A stretch of DNA of 63,969 bases, filler included, from Vicugna vicugna (GCA_013265495.1; 79 parts of 77 records of this genome joined end to end with filler, not necessarily neighbours in it), one strand, 5' to 3'; shown: positions 51,105 to 63,850, counted from the whole stretch's first letter. Notes: generated from the letters alone by a model not told the origin. Numbers and translations are program-made.

Positions 51105-51775
51105 GCCGAGCAGTAGCCCAGCCTCTCTTAGGTTATGACCCTGAATCATCTTCAAGTGGAGCTAAACCTCCTGAGATTTGCCCCTTTCCTCATGAGACTA
51201 AGTCCTCTGTACAGGCGAGAAAATTCCCTTTGGCCAGCCTGAGAATAAAATATTTTCTTTACTGTCTGTATAGCATCGTTTCTCAGGTGGGCAGTAGACC
51301 AGCCTCTCAAAGATGATTTCCAGTAATCCCGATCAGGTCGAGCCAAATCTCACAAGGTTTGCCCCTTTTCTCCTGAGACTAAGTCCCCTGTACGGAGGAG
51401 AGTAATTCCTCTGGCAGTCCTGAAGTTAAAACCTTTTCTTTACTGTCTGCATGGCGTCCCTCCTCAAGCAAAAAGCAGCCCAGCATCTCACAGGTGATCA
51501 CCCCTAATCTTGATCAGGTGGAGCAAACTTGCGTGAGTTTTTCCACTTTTCTCTCATCTCANNNNNNNNNNNNNNCAGAAGAGAGTTTTTGAGCCACTGA
51601 GAATAAGAGCTTTACTTCACTGTCTGTATGACTTCCTTTCTCAGGCCAGAATTAGCCTCTCAGATGATCACCGAGAATAACTTTTAGGTGGAGCCAAACC
51701 TCGTGAGATTTGCCCCTTGTTCTCCTGAGGCTGTGTCCCCTGATCAGGGGAGAGAATCCCTTCTGCCCTTTTGAG
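51105..51775. repeat. Diverged 181-bp tandem repeat, ~4 copies
   Basis: ca(a/g)gt(g/c)gagc.aaa at 51153, 51334, 51515 (181, 181 bp) and 51685. Confidence 0.85.
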
Positions 51776-51875
51776 NNNNNNNNNNNNNNNNNNNNNNNNN
51801 NNNNNNNNNNNNNNNNNNNTTAATTAATTAANNNNNNNNNNNNNNNNNNNNNNNNNNNNNNNNNNNNNNNNNNNN

Positions 51876-53291
51876 TATTCTATTTTCTGTGTCTACATTC
51901 TATATTCTTCATTCTATTTCTTATTCTATATTCTATTCTGTGTTCTAAATTCCATGTTCTAAATACTGCGTTCTGCATTCTGTATTCTATATGCTATAAT
52001 TTTTATTCTACATTCTATATTCTACATTGTATTTTCTGTATTCTTTTTTATTTTTATAAATTCTCTGTTCTGCATTCCGTGTTCTAAATTCTGGGNNNNN
52101 NNNNNNNNNNNNNNNNNNNNNNNNNNNNNNNNNNNNNNNNNNNNNNNNNNNNNNNNNNNNNNNNNNNNNNNNNNNNNNNNNNNNNNNNNNNNNNNNNNNN
52201 NNNNNNNNNNNNNNNNNNNNNNNNNNNNNNNNNNNNNNNNNNNNNNNNNNNNNNNNNNNNNNNNNNNNNNNNNNNNNNNNNNNNNNNNNNNNNNNNNNNN
52301 NNNNNNNNNNNNNNNNNNNNNNNNNNNNNNNNNNNNNNNNNNNNNNNNNNNNNNNNNNNNNNNNNNNNNNNNNNNNNNNNNNNNNNNNNNNNNNNNNNNN
52401 NNNNNNNNNNNNNNNNNNNNNNNNNNNNNNNNNNNNNNNNNNNNNNNNNNNNNNAGCTTTGTGTAAATTCTCTCTTCTGTATTCTATATTCTAAATTTTG
52501 ATTTCTGAAATCCATGTTCTAAATTCTGGTATCTGTATTTCTGTATTGTATATTCTATATTCTGTTTTCTGCATTCCATGTTCAAAATTCTGGTTTCTCT
52601 ATTCTTATTCTATATTCTATTCTCTTTCTTCTGCATTCCGTGTTCTTAATACTGGGTTCTGACATGTGTATTCTATAATCTATATTCTGTGTTCTACCTT
52701 CTGTGTTTTACATTCTATATTCTGTATTCTGTACTCTATATTCTAAATTCTGTGTACTGAATTCCNNNNNNNNNNNNNNNNNNNNNNNNNNNNNNNNNNN
52801 NNNNNNNNNNNNNNNNNNNNNNNNNNNNNNNNNNNNNNNNNNNNNNNNNNNNNNNNNNNNNNNNNNNNNNNNNNNNNNNNNNNNNNNNNNNNNNNNNNNN
52901 NNNNNNNNNNNNNNNNNNNNNNNNNNNNNNNNNNNNNNNNNNNNNNNNNNNNNNNNNNNNNNNNNNNNNNNNNNNNNNNNNNNNNNNNNNNNNNNNNNNN
53001 NNNNNNNNNNNNNNNNNNNNNNNNNNNNNNNNNNNNNNNNNNNNNNNNNNNNNNNNNNNNNNNNNNNNNNNNNNNNNNNNNNNNNNNNNNNNNNNNNNNN
53101 NNNNNNNNNNNNNNNNNNNNNNNNNNNNNNNNNNNNNNNNNNNNNNNNNNNNNNNNNNNNNNNNNNNNNNTATATTCTATATTATGTTATCTACATTCTA
53201 AATTCTGTATTCTGTATTATATATTCTATATTCTGTTTTCTACATCCTGTACACTACATTTTATATGCTGAATTCTGTATTCTACATTCGA
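51876..53291 (+). repeat. Simple satellite E (more diverged)
   Basis: ttctata/ttctaaa/ttctgtg heptamers. Confidence 0.92.
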
Positions 53292-54876
53292 NNNNNNNNN
53301 NNNNNNNNNNNNNNNNNNNNNNNNNNNNNNNNNNNTTAATTAATTAANNNNNNNNNNNNNNNNNNNNNNNNNNNNNNNNNNNNNNNNNNNNGGCAAGGAG
53401 GCAATTCACACTTTGTGCAGGATATGAGAAACAGTAACTTTTCTTTTCACTTTTCTTCTAAAGCAAACTGGCACTGAATTGTAACCAACTATTACTCAGA
53501 ATTGTTTTTCATATCAGATACAAGTGCCTTAGATTTTTCAAGGCAACATGAATGATGAAATGTGTTTAAGCAGTTATCTTTAAAAGTAGTTTTATTTTTC
53601 AAGTAAAAGGCTATTGACTGTTCTTTCTTCCAGCGGTACAAGAAATTCTCATTGATCTATGTACATGATCTATGTGCTTAGTTTCTATGGCTTTTTCTTT
53701 TAAGGGCTTGTTTTATTGTGGTTTGAATGAATGTTTAAAATTTCTGGATGTTGATCTTTAGAACATGCTGATTTATCAGAACTGTTAAAAACCTGATTTT
53801 TGTTTGGATAAAAACCTGTGTTTGGTACTTGTTTGTTGGGGCAACCTAATGATTTCTGTTGTCGGTTAAAGAGGGAAATTCTTCCTCTAGCCTGNNNNNN
53901 NNNNNNNNNNNNNNNNNNNNNNNNNNNNNNNNNNNNNNTTAATTAATTAANNNNNNNNNNNNNNNNNNNNNNNNNNNNNNNNNNNNNNNNNNNNAGATCT
54001 TCCAAGTCGCCTTGCAACCGCCATGCCAGCACCCCTGGTTTGACAGGCTCCTGGGAAATACACTGCCTTTGGCTAGGCCTTGTCCCAGGCTGATGTGACC
54101 TTTGCCGGTCCCCAGGTCCTTTCAACATGAGGGGCAAAGTGAGGGCAACACTGGAAGCCTGGCTTCCATGAGAGATCCTTCGCCAACTGGCTAGACTGTC
54201 GGGACCCTTCCCAGGCTAGGGACCCTTCCCAGGCTGTCCAGCACCTCCTCTGTCCCGTCCCCTTCAGGAAATGTATGCCTTCAGGTCAGGCACCTGAGTG
54301 AATTCGTATAGTTAAACTTAAAATCGCACATTCCTCACCCCTAACCCCTCAATGAACTCTCACACTTCCAAAATCTTCATAAGTGCCAAGGAATCTGAAC
54401 TCCTAGTCGGGGAAATGTAAAATGTCCAAGGGAGAAGCAGGGAGAACACTGAAGTATTGTCCAAGAAAGATGAGAGCATGTTAGTTGGGGTGAGAATGAA
54501 AGGTTCTAGACATGGGCCAGCACATGCTATGATGAAGGCTAGGCAAATTGGGGGGGAAGGGGAGTTCTGGGAAACAGCATTGGTCCTTTTCCCTGCTGTG
54601 CTCCTGTCCATCACTGATGGCTCCTCTTATCTATATGAAAGGGTCGTTTCCCCTGCTCTGACACCGTAGGCTCTAGGCCAGCTCCGAAGGGCGGGGACTG
54701 GAACACCCACACACCTCAGCCTGGATCTCATGTCCTACCCAGTCCTGGGGAACACAGATATCTCACCAAATGCTGTNNNNNNNNNNNNNNNNNNNNNNNN
54801 NNNNNNNNNNNNNNNNNNNNTTAATTAATTAANNNNNNNNNNNNNNNNNNNNNNNNNNNNNNNNNNNNNNNNNNNN

Positions 54877-55257
54877 CGAACCTGGTTTTAGGGAAAGCTT
54901 GTGAAAATGTGTATATGTGTCTAGATGAATATATTACTTTTATAGAGTAGGAAAGATTAGTAATACAGATGACCTCAACTCAGGAATGCATGCTTGTCAA
55001 AACCGTCTTGTATGTAGCATGGAAGGAACACGGAATATCATGTAGATGGAATCGATTCAAATTACATATCTCTAGGGAAAAATTCGCTCCAAGAGGTTTT
55101 TTGTGGGATCAAAGTGTGATTCTTAAAACTGGTGATAGGCAGAAGCTACGAAGACAAAATAAATATTTCTTAGTGCATAGATAACTTGTTTGGTGTTTGA
55201 AACATCAGTCAAGCGTATGTTCACAACTCAGAAATTCAAGTTTGAGGAATCCATGAT
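54877..55257 (-). repeat. Satellite B
   Basis: Matches 42380-42672. Confidence 0.9.
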
Positions 55258-55357
55258 NNNNNNNNNNNNNNNNNNNNNNNNNNNNNNNNNNNNNNNNNNN
55301 NTTAATTAATTAANNNNNNNNNNNNNNNNNNNNNNNNNNNNNNNNNNNNNNNNNNNN

Positions 55358-55421
55358 TAATCATTCCGTTAGAACGCACGCACTGCCCACCGTTGGTGGT
55401 ACCTCCCCACGCTCAGGATTC
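55358..55421 (-). repeat. Satellite D fragment
   Basis: cattccgttagaac...ccccacgctcaggattc. Confidence 0.85.
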
Positions 55422-55521
55422 NNNNNNNNNNNNNNNNNNNNNNNNNNNNNNNNNNNNNNNNNNNNTTAATTAATTAANNNNNNNNNNNNNNNNNNNNNNN
55501 NNNNNNNNNNNNNNNNNNNNN

Positions 55522-55683
55522 TATCACAACATATCTGCCAATGAAGGTCTTTTAACTAAACTTCAAGCAGGGAACAACCCACGGTTTCCAGTGCCATTGA
55601 TTACTGATACATCAGCTAACTCTCTTTCAAGGCCAACTCATCAGACATCTTCAGTTTATGAAAGTCATCCTAGTCACAACTGA
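55522..55683 (+). CDS. HSFY: HSFY C-terminal coding fragment, copy 1 (YHNISANEGLLTKLQAGNNPRFPVPLITDTSANSLSRPTHQTSSVYESHPSHN*), partial
   Basis: Open from scaffold start to TGA 55681-55683; YHNISANE...NP.FP.P.I.DTSA.SLSR.THQ...YE.HP..N* matches the artiodactyl HSFY C-terminus from memory; AATAAA at 55767-55772. Confidence 0.8.
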   Translation, partial: YHNISANEGLLTKLQAGNNPRFPVPLITDTSANSLSRPTHQTSSVYESHPSHN

Positions 55684-56748
55684 TCTACCAGAGGACTATC
55701 AGATTATGCAGGATACAAGGATTAAAATTGACGTTGGAAAAATATCTGCAATTTTGTTATTTGAAAAATAAACATAGATGTGAACCTCTATTTACCTTAT
55801 TTTTTTAAAGAGTGTTAAGAGATAAATGGGAGACTAAGTTACAATTTAAAGATAAAAAGAGATACTTGATTGATATGATCATTTAATGGAACAATATGGT
55901 AGTTAATTTAAAAAATTTCTTGTAAGGAAGAAGAGAAAATGGAAGAATTTGGAGGAAGACTATAACATGGAGAGAGGGAAAAGTACTAAGTGGTTTCTGG
56001 TTCGTCCTGGAATGTATTAAAAGTGTTAAGTTAGGATTGGGTGGAAGGAGAGAAATTCAGAAACCAGCCCTGGGATCATGGTCTCTAATATGTCATCCCT
56101 GGAATCATAAGGGTCACATGATGTAGTCTCAGTTGGCACATTCAGCATGTGGTTGAATTTGAGAAGAAATTTTATCTATTGTCTTCTTTGTTCTGTTCTC
56201 GAAGCATTCCAATTGTTGCTTTCATTCCCTGCCCTCAAGAGTCTACACTATATTTTCAGTCGATACTTTATTTTGCTTTTATGTTCCNNNNNNNNNNNNN
56301 NNNNNNNNNNNNNNNNNNNNNNNNNNNNNNNNNNNNNNNNNNNNNNNNNNNNNNNNNNNNNNNNNNNNNNNNNNNNNNNNNNNNNNNNNNNNNNNNNNNN
56401 NNNNNNNNNNNNNNNNNNNNNNNNNNNNNNNNNNNNNNNNNNNNNNNNNNNNNNNNNNNNNNNNNNNNNNNNNNNNNNNNNNNNNNNNNNNNNNNNNNNN
56501 NNNNNNNNNTCATCCTTTTACCTACTTAGACTTTCCCAGTCCCCAGAAAGAAACTTCCTTCTTCAGATTCTGTCTATCCCCCTCTCCTTGTCTAACTGGG
56601 ATTCTAGCACAGTAAGCACAGCATTTGCCACAGGATGCATTTTAGTATNNNNNNNNNNNNNNNNNNNNNNNNNNNNNNNNNNNNNNNNNNNNTTAATTAA
56701 TTAANNNNNNNNNNNNNNNNNNNNNNNNNNNNNNNNNNNNNNNNNNNN

Positions 56749-57498
56749 AGTGGGGTTTGCACCTGAAAAGAAACTTTGTGTTCCCTTCAAGATGTGTGAA
56801 GGATGACTTTCACTCACACATATCTCTCAGAACTGAGCATGTGGAGAGACGTTCGTTCATCCAGCACAAAGGGAACGGGTTGCAGAAGAAACCCTTACTC
56901 TGGTTTCTCAGTCTGTTTCCTAGTGCCGGTTTGAAGTGCCTGCNNNNNNNNNNNNNNNNNNNNNNNNNNNNNNNNNNNNNNNNNNNNNNNNNNNNNNNNN
57001 NNNNNNNNNNNNNNNNNNNNNNNNNNNNNNNNNNNNNNNNNNNNNNNNNNNNNNNNNNNNNNNNNNNNNNNNNNNNNNNNNNNNNNNNNNNNNNNNNNNN
57101 NNNNNNNNNNNNNNNNNNNNNNNNNNNNNNNNNNNNNNNNNNNNNNNNNNNNNNNNNNNNNNNNNNNNNNNNNNNNNNNNNNNNNNNNNNNNNNNNNNNN
57201 NNNNNNNNNNNNNNNNNNNNNNNNNNNNNNNNNNNNNNNNNNNNNNNNNNNNNNNNNNNNNNNNNNNNNNNNNNNNNNNNNNNNNNNNNNNNNNNNNNNN
57301 NNNNNNNNNNNNNNNNNNNNNNNNNNNNNNNNNNNNNNNNNNNNNNNNNNNNNNNNNNNNNNNNNNNNNNNNNNNNNNNNNNNNNNNNNNNNNNNNNNNN
57401 NNNNNNNNNNNNNNNNNNNGTTTGAAGTGCCTGCCGTTTTCACTGTAAAACGAAGTTGGAGATTGTACCTACCCATATATATGTATGGAGTGGAGTTT
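56749..57498 (+). repeat. Satellite A
   Basis: Same monomer as 4595-5680. Confidence 0.95.
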
Positions 57499-57598
57499 NN
57501 NNNNNNNNNNNNNNNNNNNNNNNNNNNNNNNNNNNNNNNNNNTTAATTAATTAANNNNNNNNNNNNNNNNNNNNNNNNNNNNNNNNNNNNNNNNNNNN

Positions 57599-58080
57599 GG
57601 TATAAATCTGAAAAAAAATGAAAACATTAACTTAAAGGATATAATTACCCCCAATGTTCTTAACATCATCATTTATAGTAGTCATAGGTAGAAGCACAAC
57701 TCAACTGCCCATCAACAGATGATTGGCTGAAATAGATGTGGGATATAGATAACAAAATAAATAATTATTCATTGTATATTAAATAGTAAAATTCTGCCAT
57801 TTGGAACAATNNNNNNNNNNNNNNNNNNNNNNNNNNNNNNNNNNNNNNNNNNNNNNNNNNNNNNNNNNNNNNNNNNNNNNNNNNNNNNNNNNNNNNNNNN
57901 NNNNNNNNNNNNNNNNNNNNNNNNNNAAAAAAGAATCACATATATATGTGTAGTGTACCAAGTAGTGGTTTCCTGTGGGGAAAGGGTAGAAGGATGGAGA
58001 AGACAGAAATGTTGAAGCTACAATTAATAAATTAGAGGAAAAAAAGTGCTATATTTAGAGCACAGAGAAATATTTTATAA
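57599..58080 (+). mobile_element. Degenerate LINE-1 3' end
   Basis: ccccaatgttc...tgcccatcaacagatgattgg...aaattctgccatttg. Confidence 0.65.
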
Positions 58081-60242
58081 TTTAATTGATTTTAAAGAGA
58101 TTATAGGGGTATATTTTAGTAAAATGTGCATGTAGGTGGGTAAAACATTGAAGAAAAGAACCCAGGAAATTCAAAATATTTTGTAGTACTATGATATTAA
58201 GGGAAGTGATTTATTTACTTTCTTTAGTGTTATAATTTCCTAATTAGAATTTAAGCTTTTAGTTGAAAAACTATATACTTTTAAATGTGACATAAGTTGA
58301 AACTATTTTTGTCTCTCCCTTTACATCTACAGNNNNNNNNNNNNNNNNNNNNNNNNNNNNNNNNNNNNNNNNNNNNNNNNNNNNNNNNNNNNNNNNNNNN
58401 NNNNNNNNNNNNNNNNNNNNNNNNNNNNNNNNNNNNNNNNNNNNNNNNNNNNNNNNNNNNNNNNNNNNNNNNNNNNNNNNNNNNNNNNNNNNNNNNNNNN
58501 NNNNNNNNNNNNNNNNNNNNNNNNNNNNNNNNNNNNNNNNNNNNNNNNNNNNNNNNNNNNNNNNNNNNNNNNNNNNNNNNNNNNNNNNNNNNNNNNNNNN
58601 NNNGAATTTCCATCCTTCAGACACTCAGACATTCATGAAACTGTCCCTACTCCCCATTCACAGTGGTGGAGACAAGTTACCTTGCAACACTGGACATGGG
58701 AAAGGCACTTGCCTGATTCCAAATACCTACCTATCTTTACACCTTTCCTCAATGTGTACACTGATTCTCAAGGGATATNNNNNNNNNNNNNNNNNNNNNN
58801 NNNNNNNNNNNNNNNNNNNNNNTTAATTAATTAANNNNNNNNNNNNNNNNNNNNNNNNNNNNNNNNNNNNNNNNNNNNCAAGGTACCGGGATTCGAATTG
58901 TATTATAGCCCCGCCACTTGCTGTCACCATGGATGCTGCAGTTTCTTTGCCCTCTGTAAAATCTTGCACAAAATAGGACCTAAATAACTCTGTCTTGAAT
59001 GAATGATTATATGATTCTTGGATGATGCTTGAGAGTCCTTGTGATGATTTCTTTTTCCCAGACTTTCCCCTCTTCTTAACTATGCCCTTTATCTTCCTTT
59101 CCTCCAGCCTGGGTTTCAGCCTGCCTGTGGCATTGATTTTCCTTGTCTGTGGACTCTACCTTTCACTATTTCANNNNNNNNNNNNNNNTGGAAACTTGCT
59201 AGATGTCAAGAAAGAGCAAATCCATTGCATGCTAGATTTTTTAGAGTGTGTTATTGTATTATCGATTGAAATTAAATCAGGCTGACCCATTGAGCCATCC
59301 CCTGAGCTCTTTTCGCCTTCCTACAGGTGATACTGCTCTCGTTGCTGCATGTGCCCTTCCCCCAGACTCGGTTTTGGAGTTGAGTAAGTCACCATCACTG
59401 GAGCCCTCTCATTAAAAGATGAAGAGAACATTTGCTCCTTCTCCCTGGTTGGGGACTTGGATGAGATGAGGTAACAGATAAAGAATGGAGCCCCACCTCA
59501 TTCTGACCACCGCTCTTTCCGTTCCTTTCTCCAGGGGAAAAGAGTACAATTCAACAGTATAAACATTTTGTGCTAATGAGATAGACAAGACAGCCGATCA
59601 TTTATTAAATACACTTTCATGCCAGAAACAAATGTATTNNNNNNNNNNNNNNNNNNNNNNNNNNNNNNNNNNNNNNNNNNNNTTAATTAATTAANNNNNN
59701 NNNNNNNNNNNNNNNNNNNNNNNNNNNNNNNNNNNNNNGAAAGTCAGATGGAACCCACGGTTAATACAAAACCTCTTTAAGCTAAGAGTTTCAAAAGATG
59801 TAGAAGAAAACCTGTCATGGAAGCTAATTCTCTCCTTTCCCTTTTCCCTATTAAGTTAGGTTGATAAAAAAGCCTTTAACTTTCACCATTTAACATGGTA
59901 GGTACTTTTCTGGTTGGCTCCTGCGTGTAAATAAAACGTTTCTCTCGTTCATTTCCTCTTTAATTCTGTGGGCTCTTTGGGAGGGACTCTGGATTATGGG
60001 TACCTGCTCTTTTATCACCTTCTTTAGTGACATCTTTTGTCCATGGTGAAGTTCTTAAAAAAAGAAAAGGCTCATTGGCTTTGGGTCAGAATTGCAACAT
60101 GTATACATTTTGAGACCCCCTGGAGGAACAAGGGGGTTCAATNNNNNNNNNNNNNNNNNNNNNNNNNNNNNNNNNNNNNNNNNNNNTTAATTAATTAANN
60201 NNNNNNNNNNNNNNNNNNNNNNNNNNNNNNNNNNNNNNNNNN

Positions 60243-60712
60243 GTATTCACTGTGTTTCCCTAGGCCTGGCTGCGAGGGAAAGCTGGGAGCTGGGCTTGGA
60301 GGCCAAGTAGCAGCGAGTGTCCCCTGATTGACTGAAGAGGTACAAAGAGAAATGGGGAACACCTGTGCCCACATACATCTGCGTGGTGTGGGGCCCCACA
60401 CATCCCCCCCACTCAAGGCTGAGTACCGGAATCCTGAGTGTGGGGAAGTTCCTCCAACTGAAAGCAGGGCCTGGGTTCTAGTAGAATCCTATAGCTAGTC
60501 TTCCCTGATGGTTTGCCTAGGCCGGAGTGCAGGGGGAAGTGGGGTTTGGGCTCTAAAACCAAGTTTTAGCGTGTGCCCTTCCATGGGAACTGGTGGTGTT
60601 TAACCGGCAACCAGCAACCTGGGAATACCTGTGCCCCTAGAAAGATGCGTGGACTCTGTTTCCCCAACACTAACACACACACGAAGAAGTCTTCTGGTAT
60701 CCTGAGTGTGGG
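60243..60712 (+). repeat. Satellite C
   Basis: ctgggttctagtagaatcctatagct and atcctgagtgtggg motifs. Confidence 0.92.
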
Positions 60713-60812
60713 NNNNNNNNNNNNNNNNNNNNNNNNNNNNNNNNNNNNNNNNNNNNTTAATTAATTAANNNNNNNNNNNNNNNNNNNNNNNNNNNNNNNN
60801 NNNNNNNNNNNN

Positions 60813-61515
60813 TCTAAGGGAATGCCTGTGCTCGACTCCCCTGAGGGTTTTCCTCATATCTCTCTTCCAGGGAGTGGTAGGGGGGTTGCAGGATATCCCA
60901 GTGACAGAGGCTGCCTCCCCAAGATCAGGGAAGGTATTTCACGGACTTCCGAGAACAGGGAACACCTGTGACTGAAGAGAGCTGCGTGGAGTAGTCTCTC
61001 GAGCTCCCCAACGCACTGACAATGNNNNNNNNNNNNNNNNNNNNNNNNNNNNNNNNNNNNNNNNNNNNNNNNNNNNNNNNNNNNNNNNNNNNNNNNNNNN
61101 NNNNNNNNNNNNNNNNNNNNNNNNNNNNNNNNNNNNNNNNNNNNNNNNNNNNNNNNNNNNNNNNNNNNNNNNNNNNNNNNNNNNNNNNNNNNNNNNNNNN
61201 NNNNNNNNNGAACAGGGAACACCTGTGACTGAAGAGAGCTGCGTGGAGTTGTCTCTCGAGCTCCCCCACGGAATGACAATGGTTCCGGAATCCTGAGCGT
61301 GGGGAGGTTCCACCAAACGTCGGCAGCGCGTGGGTTCTAACGGAGAGCCTAAGCTCGTCTCACCTGAGGGTTTTCCTCATATCTCTGTGCCAGGGAATGC
61401 TAGGGGGGTTTGCAGGATATCCCGGTGGCAGTGGCTGCCTCCCCAAGGTCAGGGAAGGTTTTTCTCAAAATTCCCCGTGCAGGGAACACCTGTGACTGAA
61501 GGGAGCTGCGTGGAG
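60813..61515 (+). repeat. Satellite D
   Basis: Same monomer as 40633-41255. Confidence 0.94.
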
Positions 61516-61615
61516 NNNNNNNNNNNNNNNNNNNNNNNNNNNNNNNNNNNNNNNNNNNNTTAATTAATTAANNNNNNNNNNNNNNNNNNNNNNNNNNNNN
61601 NNNNNNNNNNNNNNN

Positions 61616-62063
61616 ATTTAGAATATAGAATGTGGAACACAGAATATAGAATGTAGAATAGAGGATATAGAACCCAGAATTTAGAACATAGAAATCAGAA
61701 CACAGAATTTAGAATGTAGAATACAGAATACTGAATATAGTACGTAGAACACAGAATATAGAATACAGAATATAGAATATAGAATATGGTATACAGAATA
61801 TAATATGTAGAATACAGAATGTNNNNNNNNNNNNNNNNNNNNNNNNNNNNNNNNNNNNNNNNNNNNNNCCCAGAATTAAGAACTTGGAATGCAGAACTCA
61901 GAATTTAGAATATAGAATACAAATACTGAATATAGAATTTAGAATAAAGAATGTAGAACTCAGAATATAAAATATAGTATAGAAAATATTGAATACAGAA
62001 TTAAGAACATGGAATGAAAACACAGAATTTAGAATATATATTACAGAATACTGAATATAGAAT
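61616..62063 (-). repeat. Simple satellite E
   Basis: (tatagaa)-based heptamers. Confidence 0.94.
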
Positions 62064-62163
62064 NNNNNNNNNNNNNNNNNNNNNNNNNNNNNNNNNNNNN
62101 NNNNNNNTTAATTAATTAANNNNNNNNNNNNNNNNNNNNNNNNNNNNNNNNNNNNNNNNNNNN

Positions 62164-62421
62164 GCCATTTGTATGTCTTCACTGGACAATTGCTTGTTTA
62201 GGTCTTCTTGCCCATTTTTGGATTGAGGTTTTTTTTTTTTTCTTATTTAGTTGTATGATTTGTTTATATATTCTGGCAATTAAGCCCTTCTCAGTTTCAT
62301 GTTTTGCAAAAGCTTTCTCCCGTTCTGTAGGTTGTCTTTTTTGCTTATGGTTTCCATTGCTATGCAAAAGCTTCCAAGTTTAATTAGGTCCCATTTCTTT
62401 ATTTTTGCTTTTATTTTTATT
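62164..62421 (-). mobile_element. LINE-1 ORF2 fragment
   Basis: KRQPTEREKAFAKHETEKGLIARIYKQ translation. Confidence 0.9.
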
Positions 62422-62778
62422 GGGCTTCTAGCAAATTCTTAGTTATCCCTTTCCTTTTCATCTTGGAGGCTGCCCCCAGGGACTGTGTCCAGCTAGGTCG
62501 ATGGGGGAGCCCCGAGAGCCGAGAGCCGAGCTGATGTGAAAATCAGTGGCTGCAACCTGCTGTGATGTTTACAATGAGGAAATGCTCAGGAGGGATGTGA
62601 CCAGGAGGTGGACGAGTTGTCTTTTTAGTTGTCTTTTTAGTGACGTGTCCTTGTAAAGAATGTTGATTTCCCCAAAGCNNNNNNNNNNNNNNNNNNNNNN
62701 NNNNNNNNNNNNNNNNNNNNNNTTAATTAATTAANNNNNNNNNNNNNNNNNNNNNNNNNNNNNNNNNNNNNNNNNNNN

Positions 62779-63598
62779 TGCTTTTATTTCTATTACTTGA
62801 GTAGAATGTTCTAGGAGACCATTTTTGAGATGTATGTCAGATACTGTTTTGCCTTTATTTTCTTCTAGGAGGTTTATTGTATCTTGTCTTATGTTTAAGT
62901 CTTTGATCCATTTTGAGTTGATTTTTGTGTATGGTGTAAGGGAGTGTTCTAGCTTCATTGCTTTACATGCTGCTGTCCAGTTTTCCCAACACCATTTGCT
63001 GAAGAGACTGTCTTTATTCCATTGTATATTCTTGCCTCCTTTGTTGAAGATGAGTTGACCAAAGGTTTGNNNNNNNNNNNNNNNNNNNNNNNNNNNNNNN
63101 NNNNNNNNNNNNNNNNNNNNNNNNNNNNNNNNNNNNNNNNNNNNNNNNNNNNNNNNNNNNNNNNNNNNNNNNNNNNNNNNNNNNNNNNNNNNNNNNNNNN
63201 NNNNNNNNNNNNNNNNNNNNNNNNNNNNNNNNNNNNNNNNNNNNNNNNNNNNNNNNNNNNNNNNNNNNNNNNNNNNNNNNNNNNNNNNNNNNNNNNNNNN
63301 NNNNNNNNNNNNNNNNNNNNNNNNNNNNNNNNNNNNNNNNNNNNNNNNNNNNNNNNNNNNNNNNNNNNNNNNNNNNNNNNNNNNNNNNNNNNNNNNNNNN
63401 NNGTCTTCTTTACTTTATCCATGGTTTATACTTTTCTGTGTATAATTCTTTCACCTCCTTGGTTAGATTTATTCCTAGGTATTTTATTACTTTGGGTGCT
63501 ATTTCAAAGGGGATTGTTCCTTTACTTTCTTTTTCTGTTGATTCATTATTAGCGTAAAGAAATGCAACTGATTTTTGAATGTTAATCTTTTAACCTGC
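62779..63598 (-). mobile_element. LINE-1 ORF2 fragment (downstream of RT core)
   Basis: [34 protein letters not shown] translation. Confidence 0.94.
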
Positions 63599-63698
63599 NN
63601 NNNNNNNNNNNNNNNNNNNNNNNNNNNNNNNNNNNNNNNNNNTTAATTAATTAANNNNNNNNNNNNNNNNNNNNNNNNNNNNNNNNNNNNNNNNNNNN

Positions 63699-63750
63699 GC
63701 CTGTCCCGGGAAGTCCGAGAAATACCTTCCCTGACTTTGGGGAGGCAGCC
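63699..63750 (-). repeat. Satellite D fragment
   Basis: gggaagtccgagaaataccttccctgactttggggaggcagcc. Confidence 0.85.
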
Positions 63751-63850
63751 NNNNNNNNNNNNNNNNNNNNNNNNNNNNNNNNNNNNNNNNNNNNTTAATT
63801 AATTAANNNNNNNNNNNNNNNNNNNNNNNNNNNNNNNNNNNNNNNNNNNN

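Noticed and set aside
2928..56648. Clustering of HSFY, IGLV and satellites as one locus or system
   Set aside because: Separate scaffolds; co-occurrence reflects only the unplaced bin.
121..63552. Long ORFs in the track (150-365 aa)
   Set aside because: Nearly all are mostly X from N gaps, or translations of satellites.
1133..63806. Recurrent TTAATTAATTAA with unique sequence between, CRISPR-like or regulatory
   Set aside because: Always flanked by exactly 44 Ns each side; synthetic six-frame-stop linker.
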